DNA of 37,920 bases. It comes from Spirogloea muscicola. Its lineage: Eukaryota. A program made the position numbers and the translations under genes. Within the stretch, counting starts at the first letter, position 1. The number at the start of each line of letters is the position of its first letter. The notes beneath the pieces are model-generated. The model was not told the DNA's origin. It saw only the letters and a program-made list of their open reading frames with translations, and searched no databases. The DNA is taken from contig WELB01000007.1 of NCBI GenBank assembly GCA_009602725.1, positions 158,551-196,470 on the forward strand, read 5' to 3'. This document shows positions 1 to 18,200 of this stretch, one piece after another.

Positions 1-56
1 GCAGCCCGCCGCCCGGAGCGGCGCAGGGCGCCGGCGGGGGACGGGCGCCGGCCAGG

Positions 57-3000
57 ATGAACGACCTTCTCGGGGTAGGAGCCCTGGCCATGAGGCCGCC
101 AGCCCCCACGCCGCGGCGAGCGCGGCTGGCGGCCCGCCCCGCGCCTGCGCTTGACCCTTCCCAAGCTGCCGTTGCCGAGCCTCAGCTGCTTGCTAGCTCT
201 TGTCCGACGTCACCACCGCTTGGGCAGGGCATTTGGTCAAAGTACAACCATATCGTCATCTTGATGGACATTCTTCATAAGAGCAGCCGTGTTCGTGCCT
301 GACATGGGAGAGTCAGTAGATACAAAGGAGTACTAATCGACTAAGTTGTGCCCTACATTCCTTTGATGTATTTAGGTTGTGTTATATCTGCTGTGCTTGT
401 TGTCAATGCTATTAGGGGTTGTTGTTGACTGAAAGATGTAATCAGCGGTCCTCGCTAGCCGGTACACTCGAAAGAGGATGATTCAAGTAGCCCTGAAGCG
501 GGAGGACATTCAGCAATAGTCAAGCTTTAGAGACCTAGATTGCAGTAACGTGCTCTGAAGTGGGAGGATGTTGTGCGAGTGTCAAGCTTTGGGCTTGCTG
601 CTTTTGCTGGACAAGTCAGGCATTCCAATTGGTTAACCAACACTGGTTCACCTCCGTAGCACACATGGCAAGTTGTGTACTGGACATATTGACATTGCCT
701 TGGCACTGGACATGTCCATTGCCCCAATATTTGATTAAGAGAGTGTCCTGATGCATGTAGGACTCCGGGGGATCAAGGCGGTACCTGGTACAAGGGCAAC
801 AACCGAGCCCAGGCACGGGCAATGGCCGGGATATCGAGGAGGGACTTACTCCTCCAGTGGGCACCTCTGACAAGAACATGGCCCAGTTCTTTGAGGAGGT
901 CAGCGACCTAGCTGGTCCTCTACTGCCTTGGCACTGAGTGACGCCTTCAGTAGCTCCATGTTGTGGTGCTTGGTCTGGGCGTTCTGCCTTGTACATTGGG
1001 AAGGGCTGTTGTATACTTGAAGTTGTTGGCATGACTGCATGCTGCATTGCACATATTGCTGCCTGCTCATTACACTTCAGCAAACAGGACCTACTGTCTT
1101 AAGGTTCCAAGAAGGTTCCAACCTCAAAAACCACGAGGTAAGGAAGGTCAAGGTGGCTGGCTTACTGTCTGTTGAAATGTTTTATGAGAGTGATTGTGGT
1201 TGTTTTCTTCCGATTTTCAGGTTGGAGAGATCAAGAATGCAATGCAACTCATCCGCCGAAATCTCCACAAACTTCAGGTACCCAAAAAACTCTATGCATG
1301 GCCTGTCTCGCTTTGCTTGGACTTTCAACAAGCTTGCAGTTTGTCTCCTCACCTTCTCTGAAAGTATTTGCAGCATGAAGCCAGACTCTTAATGTGTCAT
1401 CCAGCTTGCCCTGTACAGGATGCGAATGAGGAGAGCAAGCTTGTCACTCGAGCAGCACCCATGAAGGGTGTGCTCTCTTGCACTCCTGCCGATATGAGGA
1501 GGGAAAGCAGCGCACTAAGAGAAGCAAGACAGCAATAATGCTTAAAAGATGTCCCTCACTTTGGTGTGGAGCTGCCATTATGCCTGTCTCTATTGTATCT
1601 TTGCATAAGAGATGACAATGTACTTTTCAAGAGCAGGAACTTCTCAGCAAGCTAATGCATGCTCTGCATGATGCAGCTCTTAAGGAGCGGATGGAAGCCG
1701 ATATTGACGAAGTCAGCAAGATTGCTCACAAGATAAAGAGCAAGATTGAACAGCTTGATAGATCGGTGGGTCTACCTTGCAGCTGCATGAGAGTATAGGT
1801 GTTTGCTTGCTCAGTCCTGCACGTTGGCACTCTGTCACTGGGTAACGACCTCCGGTGACGAGTGCTTATGCTGCAGCATCACCAGTGCGTCGGTCTCGTG
1901 TGGGCAGGAATTGGAGATCATGCCAGCTTCTTACACAAGTGGTGTCAAAGGGTCTTGACATTTTGCCTGTGTAGACAAGATACAGACTGCACAAACGTCA
2001 TTGCCATTAGTACTGAGTGCATACAATCATTTCTCTTACCTATTCTGCGCAGAACATAGCAAGTCGCAGCCTGCCAGGGTGTGGTGAAGGCAGCAGCACT
2101 GACAGGACAAGGATGTCAATCACAGCGTGAGTTGTATATGACTTGTGCATGTCAAGTCTGAGTTACGATGAATGCTCAACAGGAGCTGAAGACCAATGTA
2201 CAGAGCAGCTCACTGTGAATACGCTGGCAGATATGAATCTTACTGTAGGGGAGAGAGAGGAGAGATAGAGAGAGATTCTATTGGCTTGTATGTGTGCTGG
2301 CCGTAACCTGCAAGTGTTGCCTGTGCAGAACACTGAAGAAAAAACTGAAAGAGCTGATGGGGGAGTTCCAGGTGAGCAGCTACTTGTTCTACTTGTGACA
2401 GCCTGCGCTGCTAATTTGCCTGCTGGCTGCTAGCATTCTTTGCACTGGTTTTCGCCGCTTCCGTTTATGAGTCGTGTATGGATACGAGCATTCTGGAGCT
2501 GAGAGCATTTGTGTTTGACACTGTGACTGAGAAGCAACCTTTGACGTCATAAGCAAAGATGTAAGCCTTTGACTGGGTGCCGTCGTGGTGCTTTTGACAG
2601 ACACTGAGACAGAAATTCCAAGAGGAGTACAATGAGGTTGTTCGGAGGAGGTACTATACAGGTGAGCTGAACGTTTGGACATTCAAGTCTTGTCGGTGGC
2701 TAATTGGTGCTCAAAGAGCTAGAATATTTCATCAAGTCAAAGCTTCCCCTCATGTGGTCTGGTGTTGATAACAACATCACCAAGCTGTCCTACTCTTGAA
2801 CTTCATCAAGGCTGGAGCAGTTTACGAAACTGAGACTAATTTGTGATATTGCACTTGCTTACATGTGGACAACAGTGACGGGACAGCAGGCTGATGATGG
2901 GGTGAGTGTTGGCTCTTCGTTGTGGTCCTCAAGAAGTTTGCGTACTTCATCCACCATTGCTCAATCTGACATCCTTGTGCTGCTCTTGTAATATGCAGAC

Positions 3001-3941
3001 AGTCGACCACTTGATAGAAACTGGAGAAAGCGAGTCTATCTTCCAGAAAGCTATCCAGCAGCAGGGAAGGGGCCAGATTCTAGATACTGTTGCTGAGATT
3101 CAAGAACGTCACGATGCAGTCAAGGACATGGAGAAGAAGTTGTTGGAGTTGCATCAGATATTCATGGACATGGCTGTGCTTGTTGAGGCACAAGGAGAAC
3201 TTCTTGACAATATCGAGAATCAGGTCCGCTCATCTTGCCGAGGCTGTCGAGACGTATATTGACAACACTAGTACTATTCTTAATCAGTCACGGGGTCTTG
3301 TCTAGCCTCTTCTTGGATTCACACTGAGTTGCAAAAAGTAGTAGTCTGCAATATTCCAGGAGAACCAATTCAATTCAACAACTACCTTCTACGGACCTCA
3401 TTGGCACGTCATCTCTCTAATTCAGCAAGGCTGTCTCAAGAGCAGGACTAATCAATTCTTGGGAGGTAGAGCCCATACTTTTCGTCTCAGTACGAGTGTA
3501 CTGGAGGATGTCCAGGCTGTACTCAGAAAGTGATATGCACTCTCCCTGGCAGGTTTCCAAGTCTGTGGATCATGTGCAAGCTGGGACTGTGCAGCTCCAC
3601 AAGGCCAAGGCCCTACAGAGGAACACGCGCAAGGTGCGGACTTTCTACATCGGTCAACCTATTTTGGCAGTGATTAGTGTGGTCTTTGCTTGCATGGTTG
3701 CTGAGGCATCTCTCTCATGCTCGCTGACGCGGTCATCCAGATGCACGGGCTGGCATGGCACTGGAATGACCTGTTCAAGTTGACTGCTTGGGAGCTGCTG
3801 TGTGATGGAATCGCTGATCATGACTCTTATCAGTTTGATGTGCACTGTCTTGCGCTATTGCAGTGGATGTGCTTTGGGATCCTCATTCTCCTCATTGTCA
3901 TCGCCGTCGTTGTGGTTCTCGTCGTCCAGCCATGGAAATAG
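57..3941 (+). CDS. SYP132: Qa-SNARE syntaxin of the plant SYP13 (SYP131/132) type, 12 exons
   Basis: Exons with GT-AG borders and consistent phase: 57-74, 761-898, 1221-1277, 1419-1467, 1677-1765, 2053-2126, 2329-2371, 2601-2661, 2876-2901, 2999-3223, 3553-3633, 3864-3941. The translation has an MNDLL N-peptide, '[14 protein letters not shown]', the SNARE helix '[44 protein letters not shown]' and a C-terminal TM '[25 protein letters not shown]'. Confidence 0.95.
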
Positions 3942-4149
3942 TGATTCCTGTAGCCAGCATCCGCTGCTCAAGGAAGATATTCTCCTTTCAGTAGCCCTGC
4001 TAAGGGCCTGTGACGGCGGTGTGTTTTCACGGCCTAGGACTGTATCTCAGCTGGCTGTCAGCAGCAGCTAAAGTTGGCAGGACGCCCCTACCTAGCCTTT
4101 GTGAGGAAGTTGCTATTGGTTGCAGGCTTGTATCTAGACCCGGCGCCAG

Positions 4150-4440
4150 CAGCAGGTCTAGTTTGGAGCGCCCCAGCATTGACCTGTGGCTCCGCTTGCG
4201 GCCTCACCACGTGGGGATTGAGCACTTTAGGCCTTGTTCCCCTCTGTGGGATGCACTCCCATCCCCTTTCACAGGAGATGCGTGATTCGCTCTTTGCAAA
4301 AGGAGTCCTTTCGGACACCCCTGACAGTGTGCAGGACCGCAGCTTCTTGCGCCTAGGGGCATGGGGTCAGGACCTCCTTCAGTGGCCGTTTGAAGTGCAC
4401 CTGCCGCCAGCTTCTGCACATTGTTGGGTTGGCCTTCTCA
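4150..4440 (+). mobile_element. Highly degenerate RLE non-LTR retrotransposon remnant
   Basis: Frame-broken matches to the RLE copy at 29562-30222: 'SLERPSI...RPHH' vs 'ALEHPGI...RPHT' and 'GAWG.DLL' vs 'GAFG...DLL'. It ends in a decayed tail motif 'cattgttgggttggccttc' (about 4419-4437). Confidence 0.45.
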
Positions 4441-4464
4441 AGAATGAACGTCTTCCCAAGAGCG

Positions 4465-4602
4465 GTGATGGCTGCGAAAGGCCAGCCCAAAAAGGAATGG
4501 ACAAATGCCGGAGGAGCTTAAAAGCAATAAACACACAGACATGCAATTGGCTACCGAGAATGGTGCTCAATAGTATTCAGTCAGCAGAAGCAAGTCAGAG
4601 TC
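4465..4602 (-). mobile_element. 3' fragment of RLE non-LTR retrotransposon
   Basis: The minus strand reads DSDLLLLTEYY* (4602-4567), matching the ORF end SDLHLLTRGY*. It is followed by the tail TTGTCCATTCCTTTTTGGGCTGGCCTTTCGCAGCC (4504-4470). Confidence 0.75.
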
Positions 4603-4816
4603 GTTTGTATTTAGCGTAGTGTCCATACACTCAACTCTTGCCTGCTTCCGTCATTTAAGTCGGGCGAAGATAGAGCCCGTGACGGTGACCGTAGACGGTG
4701 GCCGTAGTCCGCAGCCCATGCTAACAGCGGACTCCAGAAACCCCAACCCCGTGCCCCCGCCGCCGCGGACCCCCGCGCCGCGCGCCGCGCCGCGTGCCGC
4801 GCCGCGTTTGGCGGCG

Positions 4817-4973
4817 NNNNNNNNNNNNNNNNNNNNNNNNNNNNNNNNNNNNNNNNNNNNNNNNNNNNNNNNNNNNNNNNNNNNNNNNNNNNNNNNNNNN
4901 NNNNNNNNNNNNNNNNNNNNNNNNNNNNNNNNNNNNNNNNNNNNNNNNNNNNNNNNNNNNNNNNNNNNNNNNN
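4817..4973. other. Assembly gap (N run) inside a GC-rich island
   Basis: Run of N flanked by very GC-rich sequence. Confidence 0.99.
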
Positions 4974-5504
4974 CCGGCCGGTGGCGGCGGAGGCGTGCGG
5001 CGCGGCGCGGCTGGCGGCGCCGCGGGCCGGCCAGGTGATGGACTCCTCCGGAGAAGGGAACCATCTGAGCCTCCGCAGCCATCGCTGCGGGCCACCTTCG
5101 CCCATACAGCTCAGAGAGAAGCCATGAAGCCAAGCTCCCCACAAAGGATCACAAAGTCTTGGGTTGACAGGGCTGCCCGCAGTGTATTACGCAATGCAGG
5201 AGGGATCCTGGCGACGAGTTAGATTGCATGTTGTCGGTAAGGGTGGGCGAGGTTTTGCAGTGAGTGTGTCATGTGGTATAACTCACTTGAGGTGCCAACA
5301 CGAAGGATGGGCTTAAGCAGGGCCGAATGGCTGCATAAAGGGCAGTCCCACATAACAGGCCCTGGAAATTGCCAACAACATGGTCCAGGATGTTGGATAC
5401 CTCCACAGTCGGAAACTGCAAGACTCGATAATACTTGTCATTCAGGAGCCAAGCCCCTTGGAATGAACATCCTCAGCAGAGCCGGTAAGAGATCTGTAAA
5501 TGGG

Positions 5505-5595
5505 CACTTTGACCTCCACTTTCTTGTTCTCTAAGCCTCTCATTCCTTTGAGCTGGCCTCTCCCAGCCACCAGTCAGTCTGGCCGCGCTTTCTTC
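5505..5595 (+). mobile_element. 3' fragment of RLE non-LTR retrotransposon
   Basis: 'FDLHFLVL*' ends at 5534. The following cattcctttgagctggcctctcccagccaccagtcagtctggccgcgcttt closely matches the 3' UTR at 30291-30342 (cattccttttgggctggctcctcccagccaccagtcaattcggccgcgcttt). Confidence 0.8.
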
Positions 5596-5945
5596 ACTCA
5601 TCGATCTCAAGCACTCGTCGAGTACTGCTCCTTGAAGGAGCAGTATCACCTTCTAGTGACAAATGGATTGCATTTGCACAAATATGTAGTTAGATCATGC
5701 AAGCATCTCACTGAATCTTCTGCAGAGTACATCGATAATCAACTTCTCCATCACTCCTACTAATCACAACGCTTATCACTCCTGTATCCACCTACGCTAG
5801 CTGGCAGTATGACACTATCCTGCATGACGTATGCGACATGTGTATGCTCTCTTCAGATAGCGTCCTCTGGAAGAGTTGCATGTAAAAATAATTTCCAAGC
5901 ACTGCTGGTCTCTTCACGTCTGTTTGTAGCTAAAGAGAAGAAGAC

Positions 5946-5982
5946 TCTTCCAGTGACTGTGAGAAGCCAGCCCAAGGAAGAG
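5946..5982 (-). mobile_element. Short 3'-tail remnant of the same element family
   Basis: The minus strand reads ctcttccttgggctggcttctcacagtcactggaagag: the hairpin core plus the 'actggaag' motif also seen at about 30352. Confidence 0.55.
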
Positions 5983-6660
5983 CCTTGTAGTTCTGTCCCT
6001 TCATCAAATTGAGCTTCTGCTCGCTTTTGCACCTTCTGCTGGCAAGCCATGTGCTTAACGACAGCAAGCCCATTCACATAATGAGCTTTCAACTGTGAGG
6101 TCACTGCGCTTCCTTTCAGAGCCTTGACCATGACTAGCGGCTATCTGACAGATTGACCGCTGGAATCGGACCAGCTTACAATCACAGCGCTTACCTGCAG
6201 GCAGTCGTCTCTCAAAGCCTGACCTTCGCAAGTCTTAGCCATTCGGACGCCCCTCAGAGGTCTCCTCGGCCAGGGTATGCTATGAAGTACGTCTCATGGT
6301 TAATACTGAAAACAGAATGAATCGTAATGATAGGGCGTTGCTCTGTCTTGCCTGATGTCCAACTGCCTCATCGATGGTGCAAACCCGATTCTGTGGCAAG
6401 GACTGTTGCAGGTCGCTACTTGAGAAAAAGCCAGCATGCAACCCTATGTCACCGTAGACAGCTGCAGGCAGGGCCACAGGCACTATGCCCTTGCCCCGTG
6501 CTCACTGCTAAAGTAGTAGCAGCTACTGCAGCCGCCCCGCGGCACAGAAAGCCCTGTTATTGGACAAGCCCATGCTGCCTAGCTTTGCTTGTGGACCCAG
6601 CAACAGAGCTGCTGCAGGCACGCTTACTGCCGTGTTTGTCTAGGTCTTGAGTAATGTCGC

Positions 6661-11782
<5,122 letters not shown>

Positions 11783-12879
11783 GCTCTTGAGCATGTACAC
11801 TTCATGCTACACTACAGGACAAGGAACCTGGTGATGTGGGTATCTGGGTGCGGGGTGCTGGATAGCAGCTGGGCTTCCTGACTCTGGCACCAAGGAAGCC
11901 CAGCGGTTTTGCACAACTCTGTTGTACATACTTGCAAGCCTCTCCATCTTTCAATGCCAATTTCGTATCTTGGTTGTAGAGGCTGCTCATTAGTCTATTA
12001 GCGCAAGCAGTTGGCTAATTGGCTTTGTCATCAACAAGTCAGTTGGTGTGTTGCCATGAGGTGGCTGCATGAGTGAAGGACGCCGCCAGGCGCTGAACGC
12101 AGTTGTCGTGCTCATTGCCCGCTTGTTGGGCTCAAGGCTGGGAGAAGCGATGCAGTGCCTCTGACGACATTTGCTATTACACAGCAGTCCGTGGGAAGTG
12201 ACCGTCATGCCTGCGTGCCATTGCCTAAGTGATGGTGGCCTGCTGCACAGCTTCAGCACTATTGAGCCTGGGGTGACAGAGAGTCACAGAATGTCGGAGG
12301 CTCGTCGCAGTCACTGCAAGGTGCTGCTGCGACAGAGGGTCATAAGTAGTCATCAATTTTGAAAAACACACGAGTACTGCCATTAGCACTGGAGCTTGTT
12401 AAAGGAAGTGTCTATCGCCTCCTGTATTCAGACAGTACGGCAATATCTCCGGCTCCGAACGCCCCTCAGGCAAGCAATGGAGCCGAATAGCGCTGGGGCG
12501 CTTGCCTAAGGCCGTTCCAAAGTTGTTGACCTCTGCAGTAAGGGTGTCATTGCAGCTGACGGGACACGTTCGCTGTGGCCAGAGCTGTGCAATAGCCATG
12601 CTCTGAGGCACAACTGTAGCAGCGCTACGGAGTGAAGGCTTAGGGGAACCATTTTCACTTGGTCTGCCTCATCACACTCGGCTTACTGCCAGCTGTGCGC
12701 ATGCAAATTGCTTGCTGGCCGTAGCGTCACACTTTCAGCACGGCGACGCCGCTGCGGCGATCTACAGGCTGCGGGCTAGCTGGTGCATTGGGGCGGACGA
12801 TTATGAAGCTCCGCTGCAGTCCACCTTCTTGTCATGTCGCTCCACATTCTGCAGATGCACTTGATATCTCCTCTGCATG

Positions 12880-13245
12880 CCGTCGGCTGGCTTCCACAGC
12901 CGCCGCATTACATCGGCAGTTGCGTTCTTCTTACTAGCCATGTCGCTTGAACCCTCTATTTGCAGCCATCGTCCCCCTTGGCAAGAGCTGCTATACTTTT
13001 TTGTTGTTACAGGCATCTTACAGCCATCCGACTTGGTCCGACTTGCGGCTGCTGACTCGGTGCTACTAAGCTCCCCTTCGTTGTAGACTCTTGCATAGCT
13101 GTGTGGTTGTGGCGCCGATCGGCTCCTTGAACCTTGTCCGCTCTTTGGGCTGGCCTTCCACAGCCAGTGTCTTATGTTGGGAGAGCTATTTCTCACGGTC
13201 CTTGTCGATTCTTTTCGGGCTGGCTGTTCACAGCCCTTGCCCGCT
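12880..13245 (+). mobile_element. Degenerate 3' part of RLE element with two tandem tails
   Basis: 'GFH...LAMSLEPS' resembles 'GFH...LAISLQRS', and 'PTWSDLRLLTRCY*' ends at 13069. Tail hairpins at 13147-13165 (gggctggccttccacagcc) and 13217-13236 (gggctggctgttcacagccc) are each preceded by ccttgtc. Confidence 0.75.
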
Positions 13246-13300
13246 TTGGAGAGCCACTTTCTAGTTTCTCTTGGCCTTCATCCCCCCTTGCATAGAGAGC

Positions 13301-13485
13301 ATGCGCGGCCAGATTGACTGGTGGCTGGGAGAAGCCAGCCCAAAGGAATGGACAAGGCCTGAAGGAGCCGGAGTGCGAAGGACTAAGACATCAGCAAAGG
13401 GGACTCTCAGTAACCTCTAGTCAGAAAATGCAAGTCTGAATAGCTAGCTGGCGGAACGACATCGCCCTGACGGAAGCCGGAGGCC
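13301..13485 (-). mobile_element. Well-preserved 5'-truncated RLE retrotransposon 3' end
   Basis: 13484-13407 encodes ASGFRQGDVVPPASYSDLHFLTRGY* (22/25 aa identical to 30145-30222). It is followed by ttgtccattcctttgggctggcttctcccagccaccagtcaatctggccgcgc. Confidence 0.92.
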
Positions 13486-14044
13486 TTGCATATCTGTCAT
13501 TCTTGCGACGACGAGTGGGCCTGTTTGCAGCGTGCTCAGTGCTCAGTCATCTGCAGTGAGTGCTGTATGTCATCAGATGTGCTTACCTTTGCAATTGGCC
13601 ATTCTGGCCTTAGTTTTCGTCTAAATACGCGAATACTGTCCCCTTGGGAAAGAGCCTCTCTGCAGCCGCATGCATGCCCCTTCAGCTGCCTCTGCCCCTC
13701 ACCAAAAGGCCATCACACTTGCCAACCAACCCCCCTCCCCACCTTCCCCAACACTCGCTCTGCTGCGCGTCCTCCCCCTCACAACGCCCACAGCACTCTC
13801 CTCACACAAGTCCTGGCCGATAGCAGCCCGTCGCGGGCTGAGGCAACCCCATGTAGCTTGCCACGACCCTCCGAGAGAACGCGCTGCTCTCTCCTCCGCC
13901 TCCTCACTCCCAGCAGCTCCGCTGGCAGCGTGACGAACTCACCTCCGCCCCGCCCCGCTGTCGCCACCGTCCTGCTGTCACCAACTCGGACGCCAGAAGT
14001 GGGCGCTGCGGCGACTCCTCCACCATTGGCGCGGCTTACGATCC

Positions 14045-15223
14045 ATGGCTCGGATGCTTTCAGATGAAGCCTTAGCGGCGGGCCCAAGTGCAGGCGTCGG
14101 CAATGCCACCGCGGCGCAGCCAATGGCCGGCGCCGGGGGCGCTGGTGAGCGCCGCAGCAGCGATGGCGAGGAGGAGGATGTCGACGAGGAGTTCTACGAG
14201 GCCGCCGAGGAGATCCAGAGCCCCGAGAGCGGAGGGGACAGCAGCGTCGGGACGAGCGCTGCTGCCAGTCGCACCGCCGCCACTGCCGCTGCCGAAGCGT
14301 CCTCCGTGTGGGTCGGCGAGCCGCGCAGCGTGAAGGAGCGCCGCGAGCGGCTGCGGCAGCACATGCGGCTCGGCGGCAGCACAGGCCGCAGGGACAGCCG
14401 CGGGGCGCTGCCAGCTGGTGGCCTCGGGTGAGGCCGCACCCCAGCGATCCTGGTCGGCTAAGCGGCTTCGTGGCTCTTGGCCACTATCTTGGGGCCTTAC
14501 CGTTAGCAATGGTGTCCATGGGCCTGCTCCAGTGCCTATCTGCCAAGCTTGTTGCTCCGTTAACATAGTCATGGAGACCCTCTGTATGCACCTGGCTGGC
14601 TTTTACAGCCGCTCTTCTGATCTTCACAAGCTTGCAGAAGCAAATCGTGAACCTTCTAACTATTGTTGGTGGTAACAGTAAAGCAAAGTATCTAATATCA
14701 GCAGCCGCGTTCTTCTTCAGTGCCCTGCACCTCGGTGATGGTGGGGCAATGAATGCGGGCGCTTGGGCAGCCAGCCGGCTGGAGCACTCGCCAGGTGAAC
14801 TTGAAGTCAAGCCACCAATGCATCGTGCTGCCACCTTAATTTAGGCGCAGCAATCCTCCAAGCGACGCTGACGTCTCCAGCGCACCCCTTGCATGCGGTG
14901 GACAGGCAGCGGTGCAGTCGACATAGTGGGCTCCTCGCCACAACCTGCAACTGGCGATGGCCAGGCAGTCGTGGTTGACACGGCCCCTTTGGCAAGCCTG
15001 CCAGCTGCTCCGGAGCTCAGCGAGACCCCTCAGGCCCGACCGTGGCCCAGGAAGAGATTGGGCTCGATGCCGCCCGTCGGGCAGCCACCGTCCATGGCCG
15101 CCGTGTCTCCCAGCAGCAGCCCCCCAGGCAGGACTCGCGCGGCCGCAGCAGCTTCTGCCAAAGGGCGTCAAGGACGGGGCAGCCCCCTGTCTGACAGCAG
15201 CCCCTCTTCCCAGGGGGTTGGGG

Positions 15224-15265
<42 letters not shown>

Positions 15266-18200
15266 GCAGTGGAGTCACGCCTGCTGTGGAGAGCATGTAC
15301 CGCATCAAGGACCTGGACAGTGGCCGGGAGTTTGTGCTCGAGGGGGGCGGCGGACGGCCCTCCACCTCCGAGTTGCGGGGCTGGCAGCGACGGGATGCTG
15401 GAGGGCGTATCGGCCACGGTGGTGGCGCCAGGGGCGAGCACATCCGTGACCTCAGCACGGGAGCGCAGCTCACCCTTGAGGAGTTCGAGAGCAGCCTCGG
15501 TGGACTCCTTCATCCTCACGCCTGTTCATCGTCTCTGTCACCTTCCCGACTCATGACCAAGGTTGCCAAGGCCTGCAGAGACCATGGCGCAGCCAGACGC
15601 ACCTTGACCAGTAGCCAGAATTGGCATGAGCTTCGTGTGTTTGTGCATGGGCTGGGTGCAGGCGTTCCGACGATGCTGCAGGAGATGGCGAGGCGGGACC
15701 AGGGTGCGCCGCCATGGAATGCAGGTGTGCTGGCTGCCGAGCTTCCCTGGTCGTTTGCGCGGGGGGTCCAGTGTGCACCCTCAGGCAGCCGCGCAGACCT
15801 TGTGGCTGGCGGCTGCTGAGCTGACTCGCTGGACTGTCTACAGGCGAGGAGAGCTGGGCGTCGCGGGCGGTGGCCAAGAAGCCCAAGAAGGCCCGCCATC
15901 GCAGCTGGCTAAAGGCCATCAAGGTCGGCAGGCCTTGGTCGTGACATTTGCAGTCGTACTTGAAGCATGGACGCAGATGATCTGTGTTCCCTCCATGCCT
16001 ATGGCTTGCCATTGTCCTGGAAGACGTGAGATAAGCAACCAGGCGAGCTCGATGGCTGGCCACCTAAGCTGCTCCTCCACTCTTTCAGGTCTATGCTGGC
16101 CGCCAGAGCACTCGTGAGGGTGCAACTAGACAAGCTGAGTCTGTGGCTGGCAAGAGTCACGAATCGCCGGCAAAGGTTGATGCGGAAGCTAGCAGGGTGC
16201 AGGGAGCTGAGCGCATCGGCGTGCCGCTGATGCAGAGCTCTGGAGAGTGGTCTGGTGAGCATTGCGAGGCAGGCTGTCTGGCAGCTGCGCTGTCAGGTGG
16301 ATGTGTGGCAGCACACTCAATGCCAGTGATAAAGGGACACATAGCTGCTCCAAGCTTAGCGGAGTCTCCTCCACACGGCTTGATAAACTCCCAATCGCAG
16401 AGCGCTAGCAGTAATGTCGTGAACAGCCTGACTCTGCGATCTTGGTCCCTCAGAGCTTAGAGGCCAGTCAGGACGCACTCCATTGCCAGCAGTGTTGGTG
16501 CAAGTGGCTGTTCATAGCACTTGCTCCAAAATTGGGCTTCTTGTATGTCAAAGTTGGTTTTTGCAAAGGACTCTGTCAGAGGATCTGGGGAGTAACTGCA
16601 ACTTCTGAGGGACTTAATAATTGTGGTCGTGGCGTCTTTGCAAGTAACATGACCTTGTTCTGTTGCTCTTTGTGGTCGCAGGGCCTGAGTCCACAGGAGC
16701 TGCATCGGCAGCATCGTCGTTTCGGTCAGAGCTTTCGGCAGGCGAGGGCGAGCCTGCAGCCTGCGCCAGCGCGGCGTCCCTCGTGAAGACGCAGGTCCAC
16801 CGCAAGCTCTACAAGGAGCTGACGGACCTGCGCAACCTCCAGAATTTCCGTGCGCACCATGTGAGGCCTGCTCTCTTGCATAAAGTGACTGGAGGACTAC
16901 TTCCAAACAACTTAGGACTTCATATGTTTAAGTACTGCATTGAGCTTGCCCGCCTGTCGGGTATGCCCTGTGCCACGCAAGAGGTGCCAATGCAGCAAAG
17001 TTGCGACTGGGCGCTGATGTGCCTTCGATGGCCGACCTGTGCCTCACACGTGCGAGGCAGGGGGCCATTTGGGTGCTCAAGTTCAACGCCAGTGGTCGCC
17101 TACTCGCGACTGGCGGACAGGACGCGGTGGTGCGCGTCTGGGAGGTCCGGGAGGGCGGCGCGTTGCCTGCCAGTGAGGGCCTGGCGGCGGCGGGCGGCGC
17201 TGAGGACGGCTCCGGCAGCGACAGTGGCTCGTGCCGCAGCGGCGATGGCAGAGCAAGGCCCCCTGCTGCCGAGGGCGGCAGGCATGTGCCTGCGGTCGGG
17301 CTAGGCGTGGCGCCGTTCTGGCTGGCAACGCAGCCGGCCCGACGGCTGCGGGGCCACGGCAGCGATGTCCTTGACCTCTCCTGGTCGCGCAACCAGAAGT
17401 TCCTGCTGTCGTCGTCCATGGACAAGACGGTCCGCTTGTGGCACATTGCGCTCGACACTTGCCTCCGAGTCTTCCACCACAACGACTATGGCAAGTCGGC
17501 ACTGCTCTTCCTCGGAACCTGTCAATCTGATACTGAGCGCTTACCAAGGTGCACATACTGTCCACATTAAAGGTGGAGAGTGGCCGTGATGTGGCCTGAC
17601 GAGCTCCTGCTAGCTACTGCTGCTGTGGCGCCCACAGTGACATGCATCGACTTCGACCCAACGGACGACAAGTATTTTCTGAGCGGGTCGCTGGACCAGA
17701 AGCTGCGCATCTGGAGCGTGCCGCAGAGCCGCGTCGTCGAGTGGGCGGATGCACGCGAGATGATCACTGCTGGCACGTACACGCTTGACGGCCAGGTGAA
17801 TATTGCTCAGATCTCTTTGACTTGCTTATTTCTCTTTTCCTTGCACGTCTACTCATTTCTCTTTACCTTGCACATGTATTCAGTCCCCCTCTCCTGGCCG
17901 AGGCACCAGCGGGCATTGCATTCACCATCCTGGCGGAGCTCTGCTTTATGCAGAGAGCGGTTATTGGTTCGTACCGAGGCACCGGACGATTTTACAGGAC
18001 GGAAGGTGCAAGCCCCTCGTGTGATGTGCTTGTGTGATGTGGTCTTGGTTGCCAGGGGGCGCCTGCACATTGTATCATGCAGCAAGTCCATCCATGCTTG
18101 TGTGAAAAACAAGTTGGCAGTTCCGAGCAGCAGTCTGTGCAAGCAACCAAGAGCTAGACAGCTTGGGCTCTAACTTGTATCCCAAGGCTTCATGACTCAG

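Noticed and set aside
6280..6483. Minus-strand ORF with 'LPAAVYGDIG', resembling the RLE motif 'PLAVDVHGAFG'
   Set aside because: Too short and weak to support without an alignment, although a tail at 5946-5982 in the same orientation keeps it possible.
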